DNA from: an uncultured Gemmatimonadales bacterium
Lineage (GTDB): Bacteria; Gemmatimonadota; Gemmatimonadetes; Gemmatimonadales; JACORV01
Length of the DNA: 64,000 nucleotides
Direction: 5' to 3'
Assembly (NCBI GenBank): GCA_963812035.1
Contig: CAWETG010000010.1
Coordinates: 323,534-387,533, forward strand
Part shown: positions 1 through 8,749 of the stretch, one piece after another
Position numbering within the stretch: position 1 is the first letter of the stretch
How the letters are laid out: each line of letters begins with the position of its first letter
Notes under the pieces: model-generated
The model's input: only the letters and a program-made list of their open reading frames with translations
Database searches by the model: none
Told to the model about the DNA's origin: nothing
Made by a program: the position numbers and the translations under genes

Positions 1-261
1 GTCGTTGTTGGCGTCTTCGTGGATCTTGAGCGCGTTGTTGGCCACGTCGAACAGCACGTTGACATTGTTCTGCTCCGTGACGGCCAACCGCTGCGCCCGC
101 CCCAGCAACCCCGTGACGGCGCGGGCCGCTCCGTTGACGCGGTACGCCGACCAGTTCAGCTTCGGGAGCGCGAAGGCGGCTGCGATACCGATGATGACGA
201 TCGTTATAAGGACTTCGGCCAGCGTGAAGCCCCTGCGCGAAACCGTCTTGACTCGAATCAC
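1..261 (-). CDS. prepilin-type N-terminal cleavage/methylation domain protein (GspH/FimT-like pseudopilin); 3' end outside window
   Basis: Not in the ORF track because it runs off the window edge. GTG at 261-259 with GGAGG 8 nt upstream (complement of 270-274). My translation VIRVKTVSRRGFTLAEVLITIVIIGIAAAFALPK... has the GFTLxE motif plus hydrophobic helix of type IV pilin-like proteins. Confidence 0.65.
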   Translation of the reverse strand, partial: MIRVKTVSRRGFTLAEVLITIVIIGIAAAFALPKLNWSAYRVNGAARAVTGLLGRAQRLAVTEQNNVNVLFDVANNALKIHEDANND

Positions 262-542
262 GTTCGCTGCCTCCCCGTGAGTATCCGCGCTGCGTGGCCA
301 CACTAAGGGCAAGCCCGGTGCCAACTTGCTGCGAGACAGCGCCACGACATCTATGGTATTGAACACCAAGAACTTACGTGCGCCTGCAGCGAATGGCGAT
401 CAGGCCAGAATCACCGTCCAAAGTGCAACTGCACTGCAAAACGTTGCACGCCGGCACGCTGGGGGCGGTGCTTTACAGGACCATAGGGGCGAGACATCCT
501 GACTTCCTGGCCAGGTATACTTAGCGCATCCGTGAGCACCTC

Positions 543-1751
543 GTGAAGCGCAGATCGAGCGTCGTGGTGGACGTGGGCGGCGTGAAGGTGGGAGGCAACC
601 ACCCGATCGTCGTTCAGTCCATGACCAATACCGACACCGCCGACGCGGAGGCGACGGCCCGCCAGGTCGCCCTTCTCGCGGCCGCCGGCTCGGAGCTGGT
701 GCGAGTGACCGTCAACACCGAGGAGGCCGCAGCTGCCGTCCCAGGGATTGTGGCACGGCTCGGCGCGATGGATGTGGCGGTGCCGATCATCGGCGACTTC
801 CATTACAACGGGCACCTGCTCCTCGCCAAGTACCCCGACTGCGCGCGCGCGCTCGACAAGTACCGCATCAACCCGGGCAACGTCGGGGGCAAGCGGCGCG
901 ACGACAACTTCCGCGCCATTGTCGAGATCGCGATCCGCAACGGCAAGCCGGTCAGGATCGGCGTCAACTGGGGCTCCCTCGACCAGGCGCTCCTGACGGA
1001 GATGATGGACGCGAACGCCGCGCTGGCCCAGCCGCGGGACGCGCGCGACGTGACGATGGACGCTATGGTCGAGAGCGCACTCCGCTCGGCGCGACTGGCC
1101 GAGGCGTGCGGCCTCGGGCACGACCGCATCGTCCTCTCGGCCAAGGTGTCGGGCGTGCAGGACCTGGTGGACGTGTATCGCAAGCTCGCCGCACTGTGCG
1201 ATTACCCGTTGCACCTCGGCCTCACCGAGGCCGGGATGGCCACCAAGGGCATCGTCTCGTCGACCGCCGGCATCGCGATCCTGCTCCAGGAAGGCATCGG
1301 CGACACGATCCGGGTCTCGCTGACGCCCGCGCCCCACGGCGACCGCACCGAGGAGGTGCTGGTGGCCCAGCAGATCCTCCAGTCGCTCGGCATCCGCAGC
1401 TTCGTGCCGCAGGTGACCGCGTGCCCCGGCTGCGGGCGCACGACCAGCACCTTCTTCCAGGAAATGGCCAGCGACATCCAGCGCTACCTGCGCGAGCAGA
1501 TGCCGGCCTGGCGGGAGCGGTACGCCGGGGTCGAGGAGCTGCGGGTGGCGGTGATGGGGTGCGTGGTGAACGGGCCGGGCGAGTCGAAGCACGCCAACAT
1601 CGGCATCTCGCTGCCCGGGACGTCCGAGGAGCCGAAGGCGCCGGTCTACGTGGACGGCTGCCTGCTGACCACGCTCAAGGGCGACGACATCGTGCCCCGC
1701 TTCCTCAAGATCCTCGACGAGTACGTCGCGTCACACTACGCCGGAGCCTGA
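543..1751 (+). CDS. ispG: 4-hydroxy-3-methylbut-2-en-1-yl diphosphate synthase
   Basis: 402-aa ORF with GTG start. [29 protein letters not shown] and GCVVNGPGE motifs are diagnostic of GcpE/IspG. Confidence 0.95.
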   Translation: MKRRSSVVVDVGGVKVGGNHPIVVQSMTNTDTADAEATARQVALLAAAGSELVRVTVNTEEAAAAVPGIVARLGAMDVAVPIIGDFHYNGHLLLAKYPDCARALDKYRINPGNVGGKRRDDNFRAIVEIAIRNGKPVRIGVNWGSLDQALLTEMMDANAALAQPRDARDVTMDAMVESALRSARLAEACGLGHDRIVLSAKVSGVQDLVDVYRKLAALCDYPLHLGLTEAGMATKGIVSSTAGIAILLQEGIGDTIRVSLTPAPHGDRTEEVLVAQQILQSLGIRSFVPQVTACPGCGRTTSTFFQEMASDIQRYLREQMPAWRERYAGVEELRVAVMGCVVNGPGESKHANIGISLPGTSEEPKAPVYVDGCLLTTLKGDDIVPRFLKILDEYVASHYAGA

Positions 1752-1778
1752 GGCCGGACCTCTGCGCCCGGGTTTCCC

Positions 1779-3425
1779 CTAGGGCGAGGTGGTGACGCCC
1801 ACGCCGTAGAGCGTGCCCCCGACGATCGTCTGCGCCACCGTCAGCGACTCGCAGAAGATGTGCGTGCCAAAGAAGTAGGTAGTCGTTGAGCAGCTCTTCG
1901 GCTGATTTGTGTTCACGGCGCTGGTCGCGAGCGGCACGGGTCCGACCGCCGAGTACGTGAAGCCGCCCGCCTTGACGCTCGCGGTGATCGTGAACGTCGG
2001 GCCCCACGCCGTCACGGTTCCCGTCGCCTGGTTCACCGCATTGTCGTCCCAGCAACTCCCGGAGTCTACGCACGGCCCCCCGCCGTAGACGTATGCGTAG
2101 GAGCGCGACTCGTAGGTGACGAGGCCGGCGAACCGGACGTAGTCCACCGTGGTGCGCCCCAGGGGGAAGATCGGATCGGGATCGTAGGCGCACAGCAGGC
2201 GCAGGACGCCCCCCGAAGAACGGCTGGCACAGCTGACGCCGGCGGCGCCGCCCGGATCCGGCGTCACGTTCACGGCGTTCAGCGTGTCGAGGCTGGCGCC
2301 GCCCGATGACTGGCCGAGGGTCCACTGCGCCAGCGGGAACGCCACCTCGTTGTAGACCGTGCCGTAGAACGCCGACGACTGCAGCCGGCCGGTGTCCGAC
2401 GTGTCGGCGACGAGGCTGTCGAGCGGTGCGCCGCTCGGATCGTAGTCATAGGTCCAGGTCGAGTCGGCGTAGCTCCCCTGCACGTCGCTCGCCTGGGCGC
2501 CGAACACGAACGCCGGCAGGTAGCCGGGCGGCAGCATGCCGAGCTCGAGCGCGGCAAGGACCGGGAGGGTCAGGGTCGCGCTGTTGTTGGACGGATCGTA
2601 GTCCCGGGGCGAAACGTTGTCGGCGCGCACCACCAGAACGTGCGGGCCTGGCGTACCGAAGGTCGGCGCGAACGCGCAGCTGACGGAGCTTCCCGCATCC
2701 ACCCAGATGTTCGGCGCGCTGTCCACCTTGACCGCGCCGTCGAACAAGTCGCAGTCAGTGTGCGCGCCCACTTGGCCATTCAGCTCGGACACGACCGCGG
2801 TGACCAGCACCGGCATCCCGACGATGGCCTCAGCGGCACCGCTCGCGCCACTCACGGCCAGATCCGGTCCTTTCAGCACGACCGTCGTGACGGTCACGAT
2901 GTCGGTGCGCCCGCCGCTGATGCCGCGCACCAGGGCGACGACGCGGAGCCGCAGCCCCGGCGTGAGCCCGTTGAGCGAGACGGTGAAGCTGCTGCCCCCG
3001 CCGAGCGGACTGAAGGCGCGGAAGAAGAGCTGATAGTCACCGCCGCCATGCCCGCGAACGGGGCCGCTGGCGAACCCGAAAACCACGACCGAAACGATGG
3101 AGCCGGCGGGGGTCGTCGTGTCGCTGGCGGCGTAACTCGTCACCGTGAGGTCCGCCAGTCCGGTTTTGTCCACCAGGGCCTGCGCCGTGATCGCCGCGGC
3201 GCCGCTGCGACCCCAGTCCGGCCTGCGTCCGTGGTCGGCGTATTTCTGTCGTCCCGAATGCCGGTCGGCGCGGAATCGCGAGGCCAACTCGGGCTGCTTC
3301 TGCGCGAGGAGCGAGGCACCCGTGGAAGGGCCGGTCGGCTTGTCCGAGCAGGCGGCGATGGAGAGGGCCGCCCCCGCGATCCACATCCGCCTCCAAGAAC
3401 GGCCGAAAGTCGAGACGCGATTCAC
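1779..3425 (-). CDS. secreted lipoprotein, CARDB/Ig-like beta-rich, function unknown
   Basis: Track ORF 1779..3695 trimmed to GTG 3425 (AGGAG 8 nt upstream). This gives the lipobox signal RRMWIAGAALSIAAC. Composition is Gly/Ser/Thr/Val-rich; ...VRADNVSPRDYDPSNNSATL resembles the end of a CARDB domain. Confidence 0.55.
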   Translation of the reverse strand: MNRVSTFGRSWRRMWIAGAALSIAACSDKPTGPSTGASLLAQKQPELASRFRADRHSGRQKYADHGRRPDWGRSGAAAITAQALVDKTGLADLTVTSYAASDTTTPAGSIVSVVVFGFASGPVRGHGGGDYQLFFRAFSPLGGGSSFTVSLNGLTPGLRLRVVALVRGISGGRTDIVTVTTVVLKGPDLAVSGASGAAEAIVGMPVLVTAVVSELNGQVGAHTDCDLFDGAVKVDSAPNIWVDAGSSVSCAFAPTFGTPGPHVLVVRADNVSPRDYDPSNNSATLTLPVLAALELGMLPPGYLPAFVFGAQASDVQGSYADSTWTYDYDPSGAPLDSLVADTSDTGRLQSSAFYGTVYNEVAFPLAQWTLGQSSGGASLDTLNAVNVTPDPGGAAGVSCASRSSGGVLRLLCAYDPDPIFPLGRTTVDYVRFAGLVTYESRSYAYVYGGGPCVDSGSCWDDNAVNQATGTVTAWGPTFTITASVKAGGFTYSAVGPVPLATSAVNTNQPKSCSTTTYFFGTHIFCESLTVAQTIVGGTLYGVGVTTSP

Positions 3426-3767
3426 GCGACAGACTCCTGTTGCCCAGGGAACCGGCTGGGGAAACGACGACCGCCTGGCGGATGCGTGCGCACGCTCTGC
3501 GCCATCTGGGGCAGTCGCGTGGCGACAATTGCCGCTCGCCGCCTCGCAATGATCATAGCGCGTTGAATTACAAGGACTTACATGCCATGTCCCAGCTGGC
3601 AAAGCCGCCTCGGACGCGGCGTGAATTGGCAGCCTCCGCCGGCTGACCGTGGCGCCACTCGCCTCAACTGTTGCGTCGATCCCTGCGGAGCCCAAGCGGC
3701 ACTCGCGGCGAACCCGACAAAAGTTGTTGGAATGGAGTGGGTTGACGCTGGGCGGACGGCGGCGCCC

Positions 3768-4949
3768 TCAGCCTGCGGGAACGGCCGCGGGGCGCTCCTT
3801 GGCCGGCACCCTGAACGCGAGGACGCCGGTGATGGCGACGATCCCGGACGCGATGAAGAACGGCACGCTCGGCCCCAAGAGCTGGAAGACGGGCGTGGAC
3901 CACATTGGGCCTATCACGCGCGCCACTCCACCGAAGGCCTGCTGCACGCCCATCGTCTGGCCGACCTCGGTCGGATCGGACTCGTGCGAGACGAGCGCCG
4001 TCACCGCCGGGAAGAGCAGCGCGGTGCCGATCGGCACCAGCGCCAGCACGAGCGCCATCGAAAGCAGGGTACGCGGGAGCGGGTAGAGGAGCATGCCGAG
4101 CGCGAGCAGCACGGTGCCGGCTCGCATCACGCGTGTCTCACCGAACCGGTCGACCAGCCACCCGAGGATGACCGCGCGGAGCACTACCGCCAAGGCACCC
4201 ATGTAGACGAACACATAGCCGATGGTCTTCTCGGTGACCCCGAAGCGGAACCTGAGGTACAGCGCCACGACCGCGGACAGCGACGCGAAGGCCCCCATCC
4301 CCACCGCGTAGATCCAGATGAGCCGCGGCTGCGGCGCGGTGGGATGCCGGATGACCCGCAGGACCGCGGTGCGGATGCTGGTGCGCGCGCCCCGCGCGTG
4401 CGACGGCTTGGATTCCGGGAGGAAGGCCCAGGCGAACAGCACGTTCACGGCGCAGAGGCTCGCCGCGACGATGCCCGGAGCCGCCGGCCCGAGGTGCGAC
4501 GCGAGCGAGCCGATGGCGGGGCCAATCATGACGCCGGCGTTGGTGGACGCCGACAGCCAACCGAGCGCCCGCGCGCGCTGCGCCGGGTTCGTCGCGTCGG
4601 AGACGTAGGCCTGGACGACGCCGGTGGTCCCGCCGCCGAGCCCCTGCACGATGCGGGACGCGAACAGGAGCCAGATGCTATTGGCGAATCCGAAGATCAG
4701 ATACGCGATCCCGGCCCCCGTCAGGCCGATCAACAGCACCGGCCGGCGACCGTAGCGATCCGACACGCGGCCCCACACCGGCGAGCTGGCGAGTTGCGCG
4801 ATCGAGAACGATGCCACCAGCGGCCCCACGATCCACGCCTGCCCCCCGGCAAGCCGCAGCGCGTAGAACGGCAGCAGCGGGAAGATCATCGCGAAGCCCA
4901 GCATGTCGATGAACGCCGCCGCCATGAGCACCCACAGCGCCTTCCTCAC
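3768..4949 (-). CDS. MFS transporter (DHA1/tetracycline-efflux-like)
   Basis: Track ORF 3768..5714 trimmed to GTG 4949, which overlaps the upstream permease stop as GTGA (4946-4949). About 12 TM segments with MFS motifs GRVSDRYGRRPVLL and QAYVSD. Confidence 0.85.
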   Translation of the reverse strand: MRKALWVLMAAAFIDMLGFAMIFPLLPFYALRLAGGQAWIVGPLVASFSIAQLASSPVWGRVSDRYGRRPVLLIGLTGAGIAYLIFGFANSIWLLFASRIVQGLGGGTTGVVQAYVSDATNPAQRARALGWLSASTNAGVMIGPAIGSLASHLGPAAPGIVAASLCAVNVLFAWAFLPESKPSHARGARTSIRTAVLRVIRHPTAPQPRLIWIYAVGMGAFASLSAVVALYLRFRFGVTEKTIGYVFVYMGALAVVLRAVILGWLVDRFGETRVMRAGTVLLALGMLLYPLPRTLLSMALVLALVPIGTALLFPAVTALVSHESDPTEVGQTMGVQQAFGGVARVIGPMWSTPVFQLLGPSVPFFIASGIVAITGVLAFRVPAKERPAAVPAG

Positions 4950-6577
4950 CGGGCGCTCCTCGCGCCGACGCCGAGCGCCACGGCGCTCACGCCCATCAGC
5001 ACGACGCCGAACGCCGCCGCCACGCCCATGTCGGAGAGCCTGAGGCTCGAGAGGATCTCGATGGAGATGGGGCGCGTGTCGTACGTGTACAGCAGGATCG
5101 AGGTCACGAAGTCCCCGAGCGCGGTGACGAAGGCGAGACTCGCCCCGGCCGCCATCGCCGGCTTGAGGAGCGGCAGCGTGACCCGCCACAGCTGGCGCCA
5201 GCGGCCCGCGCCGAGCGACGCCGCGGCCTCTTCCAGCGACGGATCGAGCTGGCGGTAGCCGGCCAGCAGCGCGCGGCCGGTCAAGGGGAGGCTGCGCACC
5301 AGGTAGGCGAGCGGAAGGATCGCCGCCGTGCCGACCAGGATCCAGCGCCCGGCCAGCGGGCTGCGCACGCTGAACAGCGTCGCGAGGGCGATGGCGACGA
5401 CGGTCCCCGGCACCGCCCACGGGAGCGCGAGCAGCGTCTCGATGGCCCGGCGGAGCGCCACGCGCCGGCGGACGACGAGGTGCGCCGCCAGGATCGCCAG
5501 CGCGACCGCGGCGAGCGTCGCGGCCGCCGCCATCCAGAGCGAATTGAGGAGCGGGCGCAGCCGCTCCGGCTCGCGCAACAGCGCGCCATAGTTCCCCAGG
5601 CTCCACACGGGGGGAACGGCCTCGGTGGTCCACGTGCCGGCGGGCACCAGCGACACCACCAGGAGCGTCAGGTGCGGCAGGAGCAGCACGATGCCCAGCG
5701 CCCAGCCGAGGCACGCGGCCGCGCGGCGCGCCAGCGGATGGGCGATCGCGCGCAGCCGCTGCGCGGTGCCCTTCCCCACCGACACCACGAGCCGGTTGCC
5801 TTCCGTGCGTTGGACGACGACGAATCCGACGATGGCCAGCAGCGCGAGCGCCACGGTCTCGAGCATCGCGGTCGGCAGGTCACCGTTCAGCTTGGTGGCG
5901 ACGATCTGGGTCGTCATCACGCGGAACCCGCCCCCGAAGATGTAGGGCGCGCTGAACGAGGCGAGCGCCGTCATAAAGGTCAGCAGCGCGGCGCCCCACA
6001 GCGCGGGCGCCAGCAGCGGGAGGGTCACGCGGCGAAACGTGGCCCACGGCCCGGCGCCGAGCGACGCCGCCGCTTCCACCATCGACCCGTCGATCCTGGC
6101 CAGGCCGGCGCGCGCGAACAGATAGAAGTACACGTACATCGAGTAGGCGTGGACCAGCAGGATCGCCCCGGGTCCCTGCAGCCGCCACGGCGCGTGCCGC
6201 AATCCGAACAGCGCCTGGACCGCACGGGACACGAAGCCGCTTTCGCCGTACAGGAAGAGGAATGCGATCACCCCGACCAGCGGCGGGAGCACAGCGGGGA
6301 GCGCGATCAACGCGCCGAGCGCGCGCCGCCCCGGGAAGTCGTAGCGCTCGAACACCAGCGCCAGCGGGATGCCGATCGCGGCGGCCAGGACGACGCTCGC
6401 GACAGAGATCCATAGGCTCCCCCACAGTGCGGCCCACTCGGACGACGTCCCGACGAACGCCCGGATGTCCGCGTGCAGCGCCTCCGCACCCACCAGCGCC
6501 AGCGGGTACACCACCAGCCAGGCGAGCCCCAGCACCAGCGCCAGCGCCGTCAGGTTGCCGCGGCGCCCCAGCCTCAC
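4946..6577 (-). CDS. ABC transporter permease, duplicated-domain FbpB/ThiP type (iron(III)/thiamine-class importer)
   Basis: 543 aa with two tandem permease halves, each with an EAA-like loop (EAAASLGAGPW.. twice). GTG start overlaps the ATPase stop (GTGA, 6574-6577). Confidence 0.85.
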   Translation of the reverse strand: MRLGRRGNLTALALVLGLAWLVVYPLALVGAEALHADIRAFVGTSSEWAALWGSLWISVASVVLAAAIGIPLALVFERYDFPGRRALGALIALPAVLPPLVGVIAFLFLYGESGFVSRAVQALFGLRHAPWRLQGPGAILLVHAYSMYVYFYLFARAGLARIDGSMVEAAASLGAGPWATFRRVTLPLLAPALWGAALLTFMTALASFSAPYIFGGGFRVMTTQIVATKLNGDLPTAMLETVALALLAIVGFVVVQRTEGNRLVVSVGKGTAQRLRAIAHPLARRAAACLGWALGIVLLLPHLTLLVVSLVPAGTWTTEAVPPVWSLGNYGALLREPERLRPLLNSLWMAAAATLAAVALAILAAHLVVRRRVALRRAIETLLALPWAVPGTVVAIALATLFSVRSPLAGRWILVGTAAILPLAYLVRSLPLTGRALLAGYRQLDPSLEEAAASLGAGRWRQLWRVTLPLLKPAMAAGASLAFVTALGDFVTSILLYTYDTRPISIEILSSLRLSDMGVAAAFGVVLMGVSAVALGVGARSAR

Positions 6578-7617
6578 GCCGTGCCCTCGTGCCCCTGTGC
6601 GTCCGTGCGTCCGTGCGTCTGTGCGTCTGTGCGTCCGTGCGTCCGTGCGTCTTCCCAGAACAACACCCGCTCCACCGCGACCCGCACCCGATCGCCGACC
6701 CGGGCCGCCCGGAGCGGGGCCTGCACGTCGAACACCACACCCGCGCCGGCGTCGACCGTGAAGTACGCCTGAGCGCCGACGAACCGTCGCTCGGTGACCA
6801 CGCCCTCCAGCGGCGCGGGCCCGTCGGTCACGAAGCGCATGGCCTCCGGCCGCACCAGCGCCTTGGTGCCAGCCCGCCCTCCCACGCGATCCCCCGGCAG
6901 CGCGGCCGTGCGCCCCACGAAGCTCGCCACGAACGCATTGGCCGGATCGTCGTACAACTCGTCCGGCGTTCCGACCTGCTCCAGTCTCCCGAGGTGGAGC
7001 ACGGCGACCCGATCGCCGAGATCAAACGCCTCTTCCTGCTCGTGGGTCACGAACACCGTCGTAATGCCGACCTGGTGAATCGCGCGCCGCAGCTCGCGCC
7101 GGGTGCGTTCGCGCAACGCCGGGTCCAGGTTGGAGAGCGGTTCGTCCAGCAGGAGGACTCGCGGCTCGGGCGCCAGGGAGCGCGCCAGCGCGACGCGCTG
7201 CTGTTGTCCCCCGGAGAGCGCGGCCACCGGACGGCGCTCGTACCCCTCCAGATCGACCATCGCCAGCACTTCGCGCACTCGGCGAGCGGCGGCCTCGCCC
7301 TTGAGGCGCAGCCCGAAGGCGACGTTGGCCCCGACGTCGAGATGCGGGAAGAGCGCGTAGTGCTGGAAGACCATCCCAAAGCGCCGTGCCGCCGGAGCGA
7401 CGCGGGTCACCTCCTCGCCGCCGACCAGAATCGCGCCAGCGTCGGGGGTCTCGAACCCGGCAAGGAGGCGGAGCGTGGTCGTCTTCCCGCTCCCGCTCGG
7501 CCCCAGCAGCGCGAGGATCTCTCCACGGGCGACCTCGAGCGACAAGTCGTTCACGGCGACTGTCGCCTCGAAGGTCTTCCGCAGCCCGCGCAAACTGAGA
7601 TAGGGCTCGCCCATCAA
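6574..7617 (-). CDS. ABC transporter ATP-binding protein (FbpC/PotA-like) with repeat-encoded C-terminal tail
   Basis: Walker A GPSGSGKTT, signature LSGGQQQRVALAR, Walker B LLLDEP. The last ~26 aa (ARTHGRTDAQTHGRTDAQGHEGTA) are encoded by the 8-mer tandem repeat at 6581-6652. Confidence 0.9.
   Translation of the reverse strand: MMGEPYLSLRGLRKTFEATVAVNDLSLEVARGEILALLGPSGSGKTTTLRLLAGFETPDAGAILVGGEEVTRVAPAARRFGMVFQHYALFPHLDVGANVAFGLRLKGEAAARRVREVLAMVDLEGYERRPVAALSGGQQQRVALARSLAPEPRVLLLDEPLSNLDPALRERTRRELRRAIHQVGITTVFVTHEQEEAFDLGDRVAVLHLGRLEQVGTPDELYDDPANAFVASFVGRTAALPGDRVGGRAGTKALVRPEAMRFVTDGPAPLEGVVTERRFVGAQAYFTVDAGAGVVFDVQAPLRAARVGDRVRVAVERVLFWEDARTHGRTDAQTHGRTDAQGHEGTA
6581..6652. repeat. 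tandem octamer repeat (GTGCGTCC/GTGCCCCT), 9 units = 72 nt, inside CDS
   Basis: gtgccctc gtgcccct gtgcgtcc gtgcgtcc gtgcgtct gtgcgtct gtgcgtcc gtgcgtcc gtgcgtct. The length is a multiple of 3, so the frame of the ATPase tail is preserved. Confidence 0.9.
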
Positions 7618-7631
7618 CCCGTCACCTCCCC

Positions 7632-7768
7632 GGTGAAAGGTGAGAAGTGAGAGGCGAGAAGCTCTGGTGAGAGGTGAGAAGACGAAGTGAGAGGGTCTTT
7701 CCCTCTCACGCCTTTCGACCTCTCACTTCTCACCCATCCTTCTCACCTCTCACCTCTCACTTCTTACC
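7632..7768. repeat. imperfect hairpin built from tandem GTGAGAR heptamers (intra-operon, between SBP and ATPase genes)
   Basis: Left arm is ggtgaaaggtgagaagtgagaggcgagaag...gtgagaggg, loop tcttt, right arm ccctctcac...ctctcacctctcacttcttacc. The right arm overlaps the last codons and stop of the SBP gene. Confidence 0.85.
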
Positions 7769-8749
7769 TGTTCCTCGCACGTGCCGATCCCAATAATCCA
7801 TCCACGCCGCGCCGCGCGCCTCCACGCTGTCCCAGTTGACCGGCTCGACCCGCATCCGCGCCTCCACGGCGCGGGCCCACGGCGGTAGCGAATCGGCCGG
7901 CAGGTCGGTGCGTGCCGGAAGGCGAAACGCGTCGCGCGCCGCCACGATCTGCATCTCGGGCGTCAGCACCCAGCGCACGAACTCGCGCGCCAGCGCCGCG
8001 TGACGGGCCCCGCGGACCACCGCGATGGCGTCGTCGATCACCGGCGTGCCGCTGGAGGGGAACACGTAGCCGAACCTGCGGCCCTCGTGCTGCAGCAGCA
8101 GCATGTCCGGCAGGTCCCAGAGCGAGATCAGCCCCTCCCGCCGCTCGAGCATCGCGTGCAACAGCGCCGGATTCTGCACGTAGTCGCTGGTTTGCGCGTC
8201 GAGCCGGCGCAGCCACGCCCACCCGGCCGTCGTGTCGCCGGTGCGCGCCAAGCTGCGCATCATGATCATCTCGAAGATCGCACGCATCGTCCCGCTGGCG
8301 AGCGGATCGCGGATCAGGAGCTTGTCCTTCCACTGCGGCGCCAGCACGTCGTCCCAATCCGCCGGCGCCTCCGATTCCGGCACCGCGGCGCTGTTGAACT
8401 CGATCACGGCCGGCGTGCGATACACCGACAGGTAGAGCGGGCCACCGGGCGTGACCGGCTCGAGGAGCGAGTCGCGCGCCGCGCGCGCGAACAGCGGCGT
8501 CGGGCCCCCGAACCAGAGGTCCGCCTGCGGATTCGCCCGCTCGGAGCGCACGCGGTCGAGGGCCTCCTGCGACCCCATGTCGAGCCAGCGCACATCGACG
8601 CCGGGGTGCAGCGCCTCGAAGCGCCGCTCCACGAGCGACAGCAGCTCGCGGCCATGCGGAGAGTAGATGACGAGCGGCGTCCTGCCGCCCGACGAGCAGG
8701 CGCCCGCCACGACCGTCAGGCCTGCCAGCAGGGTGCGGCTACGGAACAT
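7757..8749 (-). CDS. ABC transporter periplasmic substrate-binding protein (family 1, iron(III)/thiamine-like), lipoprotein
   Basis: 330 aa. Signal/lipobox LLAGLTVVAGAC, then PLVIYSPHG...DLWFGGP, typical of FbpA/AfuA/TbpA-class binding proteins. In an operon with the ATPase and permease. Confidence 0.8.
   Translation of the reverse strand: MFRSRTLLAGLTVVAGACSSGGRTPLVIYSPHGRELLSLVERRFEALHPGVDVRWLDMGSQEALDRVRSERANPQADLWFGGPTPLFARAARDSLLEPVTPGGPLYLSVYRTPAVIEFNSAAVPESEAPADWDDVLAPQWKDKLLIRDPLASGTMRAIFEMIMMRSLARTGDTTAGWAWLRRLDAQTSDYVQNPALLHAMLERREGLISLWDLPDMLLLQHEGRRFGYVFPSSGTPVIDDAIAVVRGARHAALAREFVRWVLTPEMQIVAARDAFRLPARTDLPADSLPPWARAVEARMRVEPVNWDSVEARGAAWMDYWDRHVRGTGKK

Noticed and set aside
280-542. 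tRNA or small-RNA genes in the larger intergenic gaps (280-542, 3426-3767, 52746-52912, 58293-58392).
   Set aside because: I could not fold a cloverleaf or find conserved tRNA boxes (GTTCRANYC, TRGCNNAGTGG) by eye. The relatively AT-rich patches near 340-400 and 3550-3590 look like promoter regions, but I cannot define -35/-10 elements confidently.
411-1592. Long antisense or shadow ORFs opposite well-supported genes. Examples are 411..1592, 11278..13641, 13025..15103, 14947..16437, 20321..22369, 22597..24201, 23931..26552, 48214..50187, 54403..56397 and 61493..63229, plus many Arg/Pro/Ala-rich alternative-frame ORFs.
   Set aside because: At ~70% GC, stop codons are rare in all frames. These ORFs have Arg/Gly/Pro/Ala-dominated composition and no recognisable motifs. 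Each overlaps a gene on the other strand or in another frame that has clear family signatures.
6581-7768. The tandem repeats as a possible CRISPR array.
   Set aside because: The units are 7-8 nt and directly adjacent, with no spacers. There are no cas genes. The two halves are mutually complementary (a hairpin) and not direct repeats.
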